Shown: positions 63,415-64,000 of the stretch, piece by piece
Layout: each line of letters opens with the position of its first letter
Position numbering within the stretch: the first letter of the stretch is position 1
Source of the DNA: a virus
IMG/VR virus record: IMGVR_UViG_3300036791_000264
Location: 50,523-114,522 of that record
Direction: 5' to 3' (one strand)
Length of the DNA: 64,000 nucleotides
The notes under the pieces: generated by a model
What the model was told of the DNA's origin: nothing
Database searches by the model: none
The model's input: only the letters and a program-made list of their open reading frames with translations
Made by a program: the position numbers and the translations under genes

Positions 63415-64000
63415 CTAGTCCTGGAAGGCGTCGGCTACTTTTTGTAGCTCTGCCTTGGATGCGACGTCGAGGGAGGTGTCGTCCCAGAGGCGGTCGTCAA
63501 ACTTGGCGATCTCCTCTTCGGACAAGGGTTCAAAGTCCCAGTCCTCTTTGAGGTCTCGGACCTTTATTGGGCGAATCTGAGTGCGGCGACTATTTTTCGG
63601 CCCCCTCATGGCGACAGCGAAGTACCGACCACTCAGCGGTTCATCCTGAGAATACTCCTCCAGGGCCTCAGTGACCGAGACACCGCATTCAAACGTCGTC
63701 AGGATCGGGGTGTCGCCACCGCAGTCCAGGATGTTGAAGCGGACACGGGCGCCAGGCTTGGGATCGACGTCGTCCAGGGGGCAGTCTTCCTGGAGGCACA
63801 CGTAGCTGAGTCGGCTGCCCCTGGGCATCCACTCGCACCAGTGCATGAGGAAGCTGGCATAGGGGCCGTCTTCTATGAAGCAGATTAAGCCCTCTTCGTC
63901 TTGCACCTTGTAGAGCTTGGTGAACTGAGAGGGGGCGTTGGCCTTGGTGCGGCGGTAGCCGCTCCAGCCCTTGGCTACGGCCAGGCCGCGGTCATCGTCG
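63415..64000 (-). CDS. gp32-like single-stranded DNA-binding protein (5' end outside the window)
   Basis: frame open to the window edge; FIEDGPYASFLMHW...SYVCLQEDCPL...RFNILD; adjacent to pol. Confidence 0.65.
   Translation of the reverse strand, partial: DDDRGLAVAKGWSGYRRTKANAPSQFTKLYKVQDEEGLICFIEDGPYASFLMHWCEWMPRGSRLSYVCLQEDCPLDDVDPKPGARVRFNILDCGGDTPILTTFECGVSVTEALEEYSQDEPLSGRYFAVAMRGPKNSRRTQIRPIKVRDLKEDWDFEPLSEEEIAKFDDRLWDDTSLDVASKAELQKVADAFQD

Overview
This window is a 64 kb internal segment of a large, GC-rich actinobacteriophage, or a phage-like element, with a contractile (myovirus-type) tail. Host inference rests on WhiB, an Rpf/LysM protein and a Pup-like peptide, all Actinomycetota hallmarks. 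Layout from left to right: (1) 1-14.2 kb: small accessory genes, including a Pup-like peptide, a KTSC protein, a run of genes sharing an N-terminal L-x-x-x-QF tag (ParB-like, ART-like, two GNATs), a degenerate TGT/DpdA-like protein, dCTP deaminase, a GT2-TPR glycosyltransferase and a DNA methyltransferase. (2) 14.2-27.4 kb: a divergently transcribed, early/host-takeover-like region (DUF6283, DUF2958, ArdC, split HARP + SNF2 helicase) driven by repeated, mostly leaderless promoters. (3) 27.4-28.05 kb: a non-coding cluster of palindromes, a candidate origin or genome end. (4) 28.5-43.4 kb: small genes, including vWA, Toprim-like, LysM-Rpf, ParB-like and a protein ending in GG with a coupled partner gene. 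(5) 43.4-55.2 kb, minus strand: baseplate, tail and putative virion genes. (6) 55.2-64 kb, minus strand: replication/recombination module (RuvC-like, DUF3310, Cas4-like nuclease, nested WhiB, resolvase-like nuclease, RecA, family A DNA polymerase, gp32-like SSB). The most interesting signals are short peptide tags shared by unrelated proteins (N-terminal ALxxxQF; terminal RRLVR), a possible phage ubiquitin/Pup-type protein-tagging toolkit, and a repeated promoter/operator whose motif is written into the first codons (MAHD). All family calls are from motif recognition by eye; no database searches were run.
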